From positions 90,001 through 122,000 of the forward strand of contig JBGQBI010000006.1 in NCBI GenBank assembly GCA_041494705.1: DNA of 32,000 bases, written 5' to 3'. The position numbers and the translations under genes were made by a program. The stretch comes from Candidatus Methanoperedens sp. Lineage in GTDB: Archaea; Halobacteriota; Methanosarcinia; Methanosarcinales; Methanoperedenaceae. Of the stretch, positions 25,707 to 32,000 are shown piece by piece (within the stretch, counting starts at the first letter, position 1; each line of letters starts with the position of its first letter). The notes under the pieces were generated by a model. That model was not told where the DNA came from. It saw nothing but the letters and a program-made list of their open reading frames with translations, and ran no database searches.

Positions 25707-26276
25707 ATGGCAGAAAATGGATTTGTCCGCGAAGTAGCGCACCGCATATTCGCAGCAGAGTTAAAGGAATCAAACCTGCAGGCAAAGGATGGAAATGACC
25801 AGTATTCACCGCAGTACCTCATCACCCCGACAGGGGCAAAATGCAACCGCGTGTTCATCGTGGGCACGCTCACGGAGAAGGAAGACGTAGGAACCGATTC
25901 CGAGTTCTGGCGCGGGCGCATCGTTGACCCCACGGGTGCGTTCTTCGTGACTGCGGGGCAGTACCAGCCCGAAGCAGCGCAGGTGCTTGCAAAGACAGCG
26001 CCGCCTGAGTTCATTGCGGTCATAGGAAAGCCGACAACATTTACGACCAAGGAAGGAAATGTGCTTACATCCATCAGGGCTGAGTCCATGCATGTCGTGG
26101 ATGCGGCGACGAGGGACAGGTGGGTTGTGGATGCTGCGATGCATACCGCAAAGAGGCTTGAGAAGTTGGCGGGCAGTGAGCCGAATGCGATGAAGGCTAA
26201 GGAGCATTACAATACGAATGCGGATGCGTATCGCGCGATGGTGGCGCAGGCGCTGGAGTCTGTTAGAGCTAAGTGA
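25707..26276 (+). CDS. RPA-associated protein (Rpap; COG3390-type OB-fold partner)
   Basis: It starts 2 nt after the rpa stop, with SD 'aggagg' 8 nt upstream. 'VREVAHRIFAAEL', 'NRVFIVGTLTEKEDVG' and 'WRGRIVDPTGAFFV' resemble the haloarchaeal and methanogen RPA-associated proteins encoded downstream of rpa genes. Confidence 0.65.
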   Translation: MAENGFVREVAHRIFAAELKESNLQAKDGNDQYSPQYLITPTGAKCNRVFIVGTLTEKEDVGTDSEFWRGRIVDPTGAFFVTAGQYQPEAAQVLAKTAPPEFIAVIGKPTTFTTKEGNVLTSIRAESMHVVDAATRDRWVVDAAMHTAKRLEKLAGSEPNAMKAKEHYNTNADAYRAMVAQALESVRAK

Positions 26277-26277
26277 G

Positions 26278-26304
26278 AGGGCTTTCTATGCCCTTTGTTT
26301 TTTT
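26278..26304 (+). terminator. Hairpin plus T-run after the rpa operon
   Basis: The stem 'agggc tttctat gccct' is followed by 'ttgttttttt'. Confidence 0.55.
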
Positions 26305-26376
26305 AGATAAGATTAGTCAGAACCTATTAACATACGACATCACCCGAGTTTAGACTTTCTTCTATACTACAGGAGC

Positions 26377-28206
26377 ATGATAATTATGACAAATCGTAAA
26401 TACATATTGCATTCAATCTGCTTAATTTTATTTTCAATTCTATTATTATCCAGCATTGCTTATGCTGAAATTGAAATAAATACTACATTAGAAGATAACC
26501 TCGTAATTTTATTGGATTATTCAGGTAGTACAGCCCAATTTAGAGAATATATCCAATCAAATGCCTTATACTCTATTCGGAATATCGATAATAGTAGCAA
26601 TGTTTCTGTTTTATTTTATGGAGGGTTTATTAAAAGTTCAAATCTTTATCCTATGGATTTTCTTGAGAACAGAACAATTCTTGAAGAATTTATCCGCAAT
26701 ATAAAAGGAAAAGAAGGTGATGCAGCCAGAGATAATATTTATGAGGGCTTTAATGAGGCAAGAAAAATATTGGATAAATCCACAGGTACGAAACAAATAG
26801 TTTTAATTTCAGATGGAAATTTGGATGGGAGATTTAATGGAAAATTGAATGACGATGCTTTGATAGAGTTAGTAAAACAACTTAAAAAAAATAACGTCAC
26901 AATAAATTTATCTCAGGTATCAACAACAAAACTAAGTTCCGCCTTAAAAAAAACATCAGTAAGAGAGCCTTATAAAGATTTAAGTGATAAATTAAATACT
27001 GAAGTTGTGGTTCTCAATCCAGACGAAAGAATACGGTTCTTGAAAATAAAATCTCATAAAACAATAGTTTCGGTATCTTCTGAAGTGGCGAATTCATCAC
27101 AAATAGACTCTCCCAATAGCGTGGATATACCATCCGAAGGAGACGAATATCTGAATGAATTTAATAACAGCGGAGAATCAAGTTCAGTTATATCAGTAAT
27201 GTATTATGGTCAAAAAGCTTCTTCTGTGAATTTTTATTCTTATTGCAATCAAACCTGCATTATTGTTCCTTTTGATATTGGGGATAGAAAATTTTATGAT
27301 GATAAACAAATTTTGGAAGACATTTTCAGAAATAAAAACGCCATCGAGCTAGTTAAATCTGGTAATATAACTGAAGCTGCCTATACTTTTTCTTCTTCTA
27401 ATTTTATTTGCGATTATTATGATATTGATGTATTCAAGGAAGAGAGTATAAATTTAGGGGGAAAAGTAGCCCCGTTAGTTAAACCAGAAAGCGCAAAGGT
27501 GATAAAACCGTTAAAAGGAGTGGGTATGATTTCCAAATTTAATGAATTTACATTTGTTGCTTCTGTTTACTGTTTGCCTTCAAACAATGATGATATCCTT
27601 AATAAAATTGCTGGGGGGAAAATCTATACTGACTATCTTAAAATTGGATATGCGTATAATGGCATAGTCGGAGATTTCCGGAATCATGATGGTGAGATTA
27701 TTGAAAATATTAACGATAGAGAAAAAAGTCTTTGGAATTTAATCTACATTTTTAATAATCCTATGTATGATAATCAACTGCCACTAATTAAAAATAACTA
27801 TGCCCACCTCGTTCAACTCTCAACTCAAAACTATGATAATGAAGTAGAATCAGCAATTAGAAGATTTAATGATAAGTCTGAGGAATCTCGTACTTTTATT
27901 AATAACGCTACAAACGAACTTAACGAGATAAATTCACAGATTCCTAATACATTCGTAGAAAAAATCGTTAATTTTTTTGAAGAACCAGAAACAAATTATA
28001 CAACGGCAAGTTTAAAACGAGATAATGCAGAATCTTTTTTAAAGACTGCTACAGAAGACCGTGGTATGTATAAATTTAACAGCGCAATACAGAATTCAAA
28101 TGATTCTATTGCTCAATCCAGAGAGGGAATTAAATTTGTAAATTTAGAAAAATCAAAGGATAGATATTTCAAAAATTGGGTCGAGATATTGGAGCAATTG
28201 TATTAA
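26377..28206 (+). CDS. Secreted von Willebrand factor A (vWA) domain protein with a large uncharacterised C-terminal region
   Basis: The signal-peptide-like N-terminus is 'KYILHSICLILFSILLLSSIAYA/EIE'. The MIDAS motif 'LLDYSGST' fits DxSxS, and 'QIVLISDGN' follows later. The remaining roughly 400 aa are N/Y/S-rich with no domain I recognise. The DNA is very AT-rich. Confidence 0.7.
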   Translation: MIIMTNRKYILHSICLILFSILLLSSIAYAEIEINTTLEDNLVILLDYSGSTAQFREYIQSNALYSIRNIDNSSNVSVLFYGGFIKSSNLYPMDFLENRTILEEFIRNIKGKEGDAARDNIYEGFNEARKILDKSTGTKQIVLISDGNLDGRFNGKLNDDALIELVKQLKKNNVTINLSQVSTTKLSSALKKTSVREPYKDLSDKLNTEVVVLNPDERIRFLKIKSHKTIVSVSSEVANSSQIDSPNSVDIPSEGDEYLNEFNNSGESSSVISVMYYGQKASSVNFYSYCNQTCIIVPFDIGDRKFYDDKQILEDIFRNKNAIELVKSGNITEAAYTFSSSNFICDYYDIDVFKEESINLGGKVAPLVKPESAKVIKPLKGVGMISKFNEFTFVASVYCLPSNNDDILNKIAGGKIYTDYLKIGYAYNGIVGDFRNHDGEIIENINDREKSLWNLIYIFNNPMYDNQLPLIKNNYAHLVQLSTQNYDNEVESAIRRFNDKSEESRTFINNATNELNEINSQIPNTFVEKIVNFFEEPETNYTTASLKRDNAESFLKTATEDRGMYKFNSAIQNSNDSIAQSREGIKFVNLEKSKDRYFKNWVEILEQLY

Positions 28207-28261
28207 TTCTCTTGATTTTAATTATAATAAGTAAATCGCGTCAAAAATAGCTTCATATGGT

Positions 28262-28440
28262 AGCGCCGGCGCATTAAATCTGCGTTCATCCGCGTTTATC
28301 TGCGGTTCGTTTTTTAAGAATTAAAAGCAATCATATCATCCCCTTCACCGTCTATGAACTCTCGCTAAAAAAGTCGATTTGGACAGGATAACAGGATTCG
28401 CAGGATGAACATTTATCCGGTCAATCCTGTAAATCCTGTC
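28262..28440 (+). repeat. Modular intergenic repeat, copy A (about 180 bp)
   Basis: It aligns end to end with copy B. The shared sequences are 'agcgccggcgcattaaatctgcgttcatc', 'tttatctgcggttcgtttttt', 'aagcaatcat' and 'gacaggataacaggattc.caggatgaa.atttatcc.gtcaatcctgtaaatcc.gtc'. Confidence 0.9.
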
Positions 28441-28535
28441 TGAAAAAGTCGTTTTGATTTAGTTGTTTATCAGCCATTGCAAGAGCTAAAATCCAAAACT
28501 TATTTAACTTGAAAAAACATAGTAAAAATCAAGTT

Positions 28536-28856
28536 ATGTCCACTACAGTAGAAATCAAAGGCGAGTTTGAGACAAAGATAAAGCAGTTGATAGATGCCGG
28601 TCTCTATGGAAACATTGCCGAAGCAGTCCGCGATGCTATTCGCCATCTTTTGCGTGACTATGACGCAAAAGAAATTGCAGTAGCGCTTTACAGGCAGGAA
28701 AAAATATCCCTTGCCAAAGCCGCCAGTATTGCCGGAGTTTCCCAAACCGTAATGAAAAAGATTCTCATGGAAAAAGGCATCAACCCGAGGCTTGGCGTAG
28801 AAGGTGCCAGAGAGCTTAATGAGGACTATGAAGTGCTTAAGGGGACAGAAGATTGA
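28536..28856 (+). CDS. UPF0175-family antitoxin with an RHH/ParD-like N-terminal segment
   Basis: 'EIAVALYRQEKISLAKAASIAGVSQTVMKKILMEKGI' is the UPF0175 HTH core. The N-terminal 'VEIKGEFETKIKQLIDAGLYGNIAEAVRDAIRHLL' looks RHH-like. The start is placed at ATG 28536; the ORF track uses TTG 28509. The stop overlaps the PIN gene start by 4 nt. Confidence 0.75.
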   Translation: MSTTVEIKGEFETKIKQLIDAGLYGNIAEAVRDAIRHLLRDYDAKEIAVALYRQEKISLAKAASIAGVSQTVMKKILMEKGINPRLGVEGARELNEDYEVLKGTED

Positions 28857-29335
28857 TTGTACTCGATACAAGCGTCATAAGCGCGTTTTCCGAGATTGGA
28901 AGGTTTAACCTGCTGGGCGAGATATTAAAGCGTCTCGAAGTCAAAGCGATAATTCCGCATACTGTGGAGAAAGAAATCATTTTTCAAGAAGCTATAGCCG
29001 CCCTCAAAAAAAATGGAGGCTGGATAGAAGTTGAAAAAGCAAAAGACTATAAGAAATATCTTTTAACTCTGCATGATGGCGAATCAGGGGTTATCGCCCT
29101 TGCAAAAACACATGGTTGGATAGCGGCTCTGGACGATCTTGATGCCAGAAAAATTGCTCGAAAAGAGAATGTAAAAATAACAGGTACGCTGGGAATAATC
29201 AAAAGGGGGTATGAGCTTTGCCCGATAAAAGACAAACAAGAACTCCGACTTATTATCAATGAACTGGAAAAAGTAGGGTTTTTTATGACACCAGACATTC
29301 AGGAAGGGATTCTTAATACGGAAAAAGTGCAGTGA
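28853..29335 (+). CDS. PIN-like toxin of the DUF3368 family (usual partner of UPF0175)
   Basis: 'IVLDTSVISAF', 'HDGESGVIALAK', 'LDDLDARKIA' and 'ITGTLGII' give conserved acidic residues in PIN-like spacing. The TTG start overlaps the antitoxin stop (ttGA). Confidence 0.75.
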   Translation: MIVLDTSVISAFSEIGRFNLLGEILKRLEVKAIIPHTVEKEIIFQEAIAALKKNGGWIEVEKAKDYKKYLLTLHDGESGVIALAKTHGWIAALDDLDARKIARKENVKITGTLGIIKRGYELCPIKDKQELRLIINELEKVGFFMTPDIQEGILNTEKVQ

Positions 29336-29353
29336 TTATGTATTTGAGGTAAA

Positions 29354-29743
29354 ATGATATCCACTGAGGAAAAAAGCGACCTTAAGAAAATCGTCAATGT
29401 CATATTAAAAGAAATAAGTGGCATCGAAGCGATATATCTATTTGGCAGCATCGCAAAAGGAAAAGAGAACGAAAGAAGCGATTACGACATTGCGGTAATA
29501 GTAAGGGAATATCCTGAAAAGGACATGGACAAAATAGCCAGAATAAGGTACTCGCTTCTTGGAAAAATAAAAAGACCGCTTGAAATATTGCTCATTGGCA
29601 TGGACGACCTGGAATACTCCTCTCCCTTCCTTTATGAAATATACCATGCCAGCAGGCTTCTCTATGGAACAGATATTCTAATCAGGTGTAAAAATATTGT
29701 AGAGAACATAAGACCCATCATTGCGGAAGCGCCGGCGCATTAA
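29354..29743 (+). CDS. Minimal nucleotidyltransferase (MNT, Pol-beta superfamily); no HEPN partner present
   Basis: 'LFGSIAKGKENERSDYDIAVIV' is the GSx(n)DxD MNT signature. It starts 18 nt after the PIN stop. The last five codons and the stop lie inside repeat copy B. Confidence 0.8.
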   Translation: MISTEEKSDLKKIVNVILKEISGIEAIYLFGSIAKGKENERSDYDIAVIVREYPEKDMDKIARIRYSLLGKIKRPLEILLIGMDDLEYSSPFLYEIYHASRLLYGTDILIRCKNIVENIRPIIAEAPAH

Positions 29744-30015
29744 ATCTGCGTTCATCGGCGTCATGCCCGCCGCTATGCATAGACACGTATGCCTGCAGGC
29801 ATACGTGGATGCGCCCTCCCGAGGCGCGACTCGGGGCGTTTATCTGCGGTTCGTTTTTTTAGGAACCCCAAGCAATCATGTTAGCTCCACACTCCACCGC
29901 CTGCGCCGAACCGATACGAACTCGTTGAAAGAGTCTATTTTGACAGGATAACAGGATTCACAGGATGAAAATTTATCCAGTCAATCCTGTAAATCCAGTC
30001 TTTGCGTCCTTTGCG
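29728..30015 (+). repeat. Modular intergenic repeat, copy B (about 290 bp, includes a 78-bp insertion and a terminal 'tctttgcgtcctttgcg' module)
   Basis: It has the same orientation and module order as copy A. The ends are near-identical, and the middle is more diverged with indels. The terminal 17-mer at 29999-30015 is identical to 7270-7286. Confidence 0.9.
29761..29838. repeat. 78-bp hairpin-rich insertion within repeat copy B (MITE-like, tentative)
   Basis: It is absent from copy A at the equivalent point ('ttcatcCGCGtttatc'). It is bounded by 'ggcg' at 29757-29760 and 29835-29838. It contains the perfect 24-bp palindrome 'cacgtatgcctgcaggcatacgtg' (29784-29807) and the hairpin 'cccgag gcgcga ctcggg'. 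Confidence 0.6.
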
Positions 30016-30042
30016 CCACAACCCCTATCAGCTTTCCGCCCT

Positions 30043-30786
30043 TCAAATCCTTCTCTGCACCCTCTTCCACGACTCCGTAATAAGAAAACTCTCCTCCATG
30101 TTCTCAACCATTCTCTCAAACTTATTCATGGGCACTGCAAATGTAAGTTCATCCTTTGCTACAAAAGGACGTGCAGAGACATCAAACATCCCGATAACTC
30201 CCTTCGGGCGGGAAGACTTCAGTTCAAGATAAGGATACTGGACAATCGTGCTGCAGCCAGCGCCAAAAGGTGACATAACCCCATCAGGCTCGGACTCATC
30301 AAAATTCGAAAGTGTGAAAAGACCGGAGAGGACATCCGGCTTTGCAAAAAAGATTACAACTTGAGGCTCATCAGATTCCTCAAGCATATCCCATCTTTTG
30401 AACACAATGAATTTAGCCGGGGCTTTAAATGCAGGCTGTTGTTTCATAACTTCCTTAACAAGTTCAGGGGATTTTTTATAACGCTCGCCTTCAAGCTTTC
30501 CCGGAATCCCGCATGACAGGAAATATTCAAAGTTTGGCATTATTTTTTCAGAAAAACCAAGAAATCTTTTTCCGCCAAAGCAGCCGATTGATTCTGCATT
30601 GAAAGAAAACGAGTGTCCTTTCCTGACTTTTGATAAAGCGCCGATAACGCATCTGGGTGTTGATTCGGGCTTTGCAAGTTCGGCATGACTTTCCTCATCT
30701 GTGTAATAAAAAGTGATGGGCAATTCAGCGTTGTTAAAATATTTTTTCCAGAGTTCATTAAATTTCTCTTTGAATTTCATTTCCAT
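30043..30786 (-). CDS. DUF169-family protein (uncharacterised)
   Basis: The pattern 'PRCVIGAL...G..FSF.....GCFGGKRFLGF' and overall size match my recollection of DUF169. The start is placed at ATG 30786 with a strong SD 'gaggagga' 8 nt upstream. The ORF track starts at 30813. Confidence 0.6.
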   Translation of the reverse strand: MEMKFKEKFNELWKKYFNNAELPITFYYTDEESHAELAKPESTPRCVIGALSKVRKGHSFSFNAESIGCFGGKRFLGFSEKIMPNFEYFLSCGIPGKLEGERYKKSPELVKEVMKQQPAFKAPAKFIVFKRWDMLEESDEPQVVIFFAKPDVLSGLFTLSNFDESEPDGVMSPFGAGCSTIVQYPYLELKSSRPKGVIGMFDVSARPFVAKDELTFAVPMNKFERMVENMEESFLITESWKRVQRRI

Positions 30787-30825
30787 AAAATAATCCTCCT
30801 CTATTCCTTCCAAATTTTTCCATCT

Positions 30826-31242
30826 TCATACATATAGCCTTGTGTATATATGCAGCCCCAATACCAATGCCAGCACCCATAAACCCAGCGCCGTTCTCAT
30901 GAACATGCGAAAATTACCAGGCATTCTGATTATGTTGCCAAATGCCAGGTTGATGTATATCCAGAGCACAACTACCAGCAGCCCGAGGGTATGGTGTATG
31001 AACAGCTCAGCTTTAAATATTCCAAATGGTTCAATTATGATATATCCAAGCAATGATGGAAGCATAACTGCAATTATAGCCAATACCTGTAGTGGCACTG
31101 CCATCCTTACCATAGCACAGTGCTTAAGAGGGTTTCCTTTTTTTACAAAATATACCGCCTGAAATACAAACGCAATAAGAAATATCTGGATTCCAAGGTT
31201 TGCCATTGCAAGAGTCTTTACATCAAAAACCATACTTTTCAT
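30826..31242 (-). CDS. Hypothetical 4-TM membrane protein
   Basis: 138 aa with four hydrophobic segments and the conserved-looking 'FIHHTLG'. It ends 39 nt upstream of the DUF169 gene on the same strand. Confidence 0.55.
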   Translation of the reverse strand: MKSMVFDVKTLAMANLGIQIFLIAFVFQAVYFVKKGNPLKHCAMVRMAVPLQVLAIIAVMLPSLLGYIIIEPFGIFKAELFIHHTLGLLVVVLWIYINLAFGNIIRMPGNFRMFMRTALGLWVLALVLGLHIYTRLYV

Positions 31243-31364
31243 CCTCTATGGAATATTGTCAATTATAATCTTTATACTAATTGTTCCTTTCCATCCACAT
31301 AGTAAAATAAAAAGATTAACAGAATAATTAATATATCTTCGGCTCGTTTCCCAGCCCGGTTAAA

Positions 31365-32000
31365 ATGCCTGTTATTACAATATATTACGATGACCTTGAA
31401 GAACTCTCAGGGATAGATAAGGAGACGGTAATCCGGCGCATCCCGATGATGGGGTGCGACATCGAACGTATCGGGGATGACCACATTGATATCGAATTCT
31501 TCCCAAACAGGCCAGACCTTTACAGCACAGAAGGCGTTGCAAGAGCGCTCAAGGGATTTCTTGGCATTGAAACAGGAATCCGGGAATTCAAGGTCGCGCC
31601 TCCCGTAATCAAAATAACAAAAGATAAGGAAATTGAAAAAATCCGTCCATACCTAGCCTGCGCGGTAATCCGGGGAATGCAGTTCAATTCACGAAGCATC
31701 GAATCCCTGATGGCACTCCAGGAATCGCTTCACTGGGCTGTGGGGAGGAACCGCAGAAAAGTATCCATAGGCGTGCACGACCTTGCACGAATAAAACCGC
31801 CTTTTCGGTATATTGCGCAGCATCCTGATTTTAAGTTCACGCCGCTTGATTTTACAGAGCCGATGACGATGAGGGAAATCCTCGAAAAACATCCAAAAGG
31901 CGTCAAGTTCGCGAATATCCTTGAAAAATTCGATAAATACCCCCTTATTCTTGATGCAGAAGAGAATGTACTCTCGTTCCCACCGATAATCAACGGCGAA
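31365..32000 (+). CDS. pheT: Phenylalanine--tRNA ligase beta subunit (archaeal type), 3'-truncated by the window end
   Basis: Not in the ORF track because there is no stop before the window end. ATG 31365 opens '[62 protein letters not shown]...', which continues in frame to nt 32000. 'FPNRPDL.S.EG.ARAL' and 'SFPPIING' are PheT B3/B4 hallmarks. Confidence 0.9.
   Translation, partial: MPVITIYYDDLEELSGIDKETVIRRIPMMGCDIERIGDDHIDIEFFPNRPDLYSTEGVARALKGFLGIETGIREFKVAPPVIKITKDKEIEKIRPYLACAVIRGMQFNSRSIESLMALQESLHWAVGRNRRKVSIGVHDLARIKPPFRYIAQHPDFKFTPLDFTEPMTMREILEKHPKGVKFANILEKFDKYPLILDAEENVLSFPPIINGE

Noticed and set aside
24738-26207. Minus-strand ORFs 24738..25148, 25152..25337, 25389..25742, 25655..26089 and 25806..26207
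   Set aside because: All are antisense to the rpa/rpap operon and give S/A/R-rich translations without motifs.
28500-28871. 123-aa minus-strand ORF antisense to the UPF0175 antitoxin
   Set aside because: The plus-strand frame carries the recognisable UPF0175 motif and is translationally coupled to the PIN gene.
28262-30015. The two long repeats as a CRISPR array
   Set aside because: There are only two copies, 180-290 bp long and about 1.3 kb apart, with protein-coding genes between them. No short regularly spaced repeats and no cas genes are present.
29721-30273. Plus-strand ORFs 29721..29951, 29965..30273 ('MKIYPVNPVNPVFASFAP...') and 30002..30232
   Set aside because: They translate the repeat modules and palindromic insertion, then run antisense into the DUF169 gene. 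These are typical spurious repeat-derived peptides.
1-32000. Whole window as an extrachromosomal element, provirus or Borg-like element
   Set aside because: The window is dominated by single-copy core translation, transcription, replication and division genes in conserved operons. Only the two islands look foreign, and no perfect short tandem-repeat arrays, capsid, integrase or replication-initiator genes are seen.

Overview
Densely coding archaeal chromosomal window. Gene content is euryarchaeal and looks Methanosarcinales/ANME-like; this is inferred from protein motifs only, because no database search was possible.

Most of the window is informational housekeeping:
- ABCE1, argB, tRNA-Gln and S6e
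- a cdrS-like RHH gene coupled to ftsZ
- the L18e-L13-S9-RpoN-tRNA-Pro-RpoK-S2 cluster
- a Memo-family protein and an S15/RecJ-like DHH/Pcc1 operon
- Trm5, diphthine synthase, ThiDN, TiaS and NadE
- an RPA plus RPA-associated protein pair
- the 5' part of pheT

Three regions stand out from this core:
1. An AT-rich island at about 20.28-21.58 kb. It holds a Phd/RelB-like small protein, an about 5-TM protein, and no recognisable toxin.
2. An accessory island at about 26.3-30.0 kb. It holds a very AT-rich secreted vWA protein with a roughly 400-aa uncharacterised C-terminal region, followed by a three-gene UPF0175-like antitoxin / DUF3368 PIN / MNT nucleotidyltransferase cassette with no HEPN partner.
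3. A modular repeat family. Two same-orientation copies (about 180 and 290 bp) bracket the cassette; the second carries a nested 78-bp palindromic insertion and supplies the MNT stop codon. A third, inverted and degenerate copy lies between rps6e and ftsZ.

The repeat-bracketed tripartite cassette and the antitoxin-plus-membrane-protein island are my best candidates for something undescribed. Both remain hypotheses.

No CRISPR array, rRNA, transposase or integrase is visible. Several start codons were moved relative to the ORF track on the basis of Shine-Dalgarno or TATA spacing.
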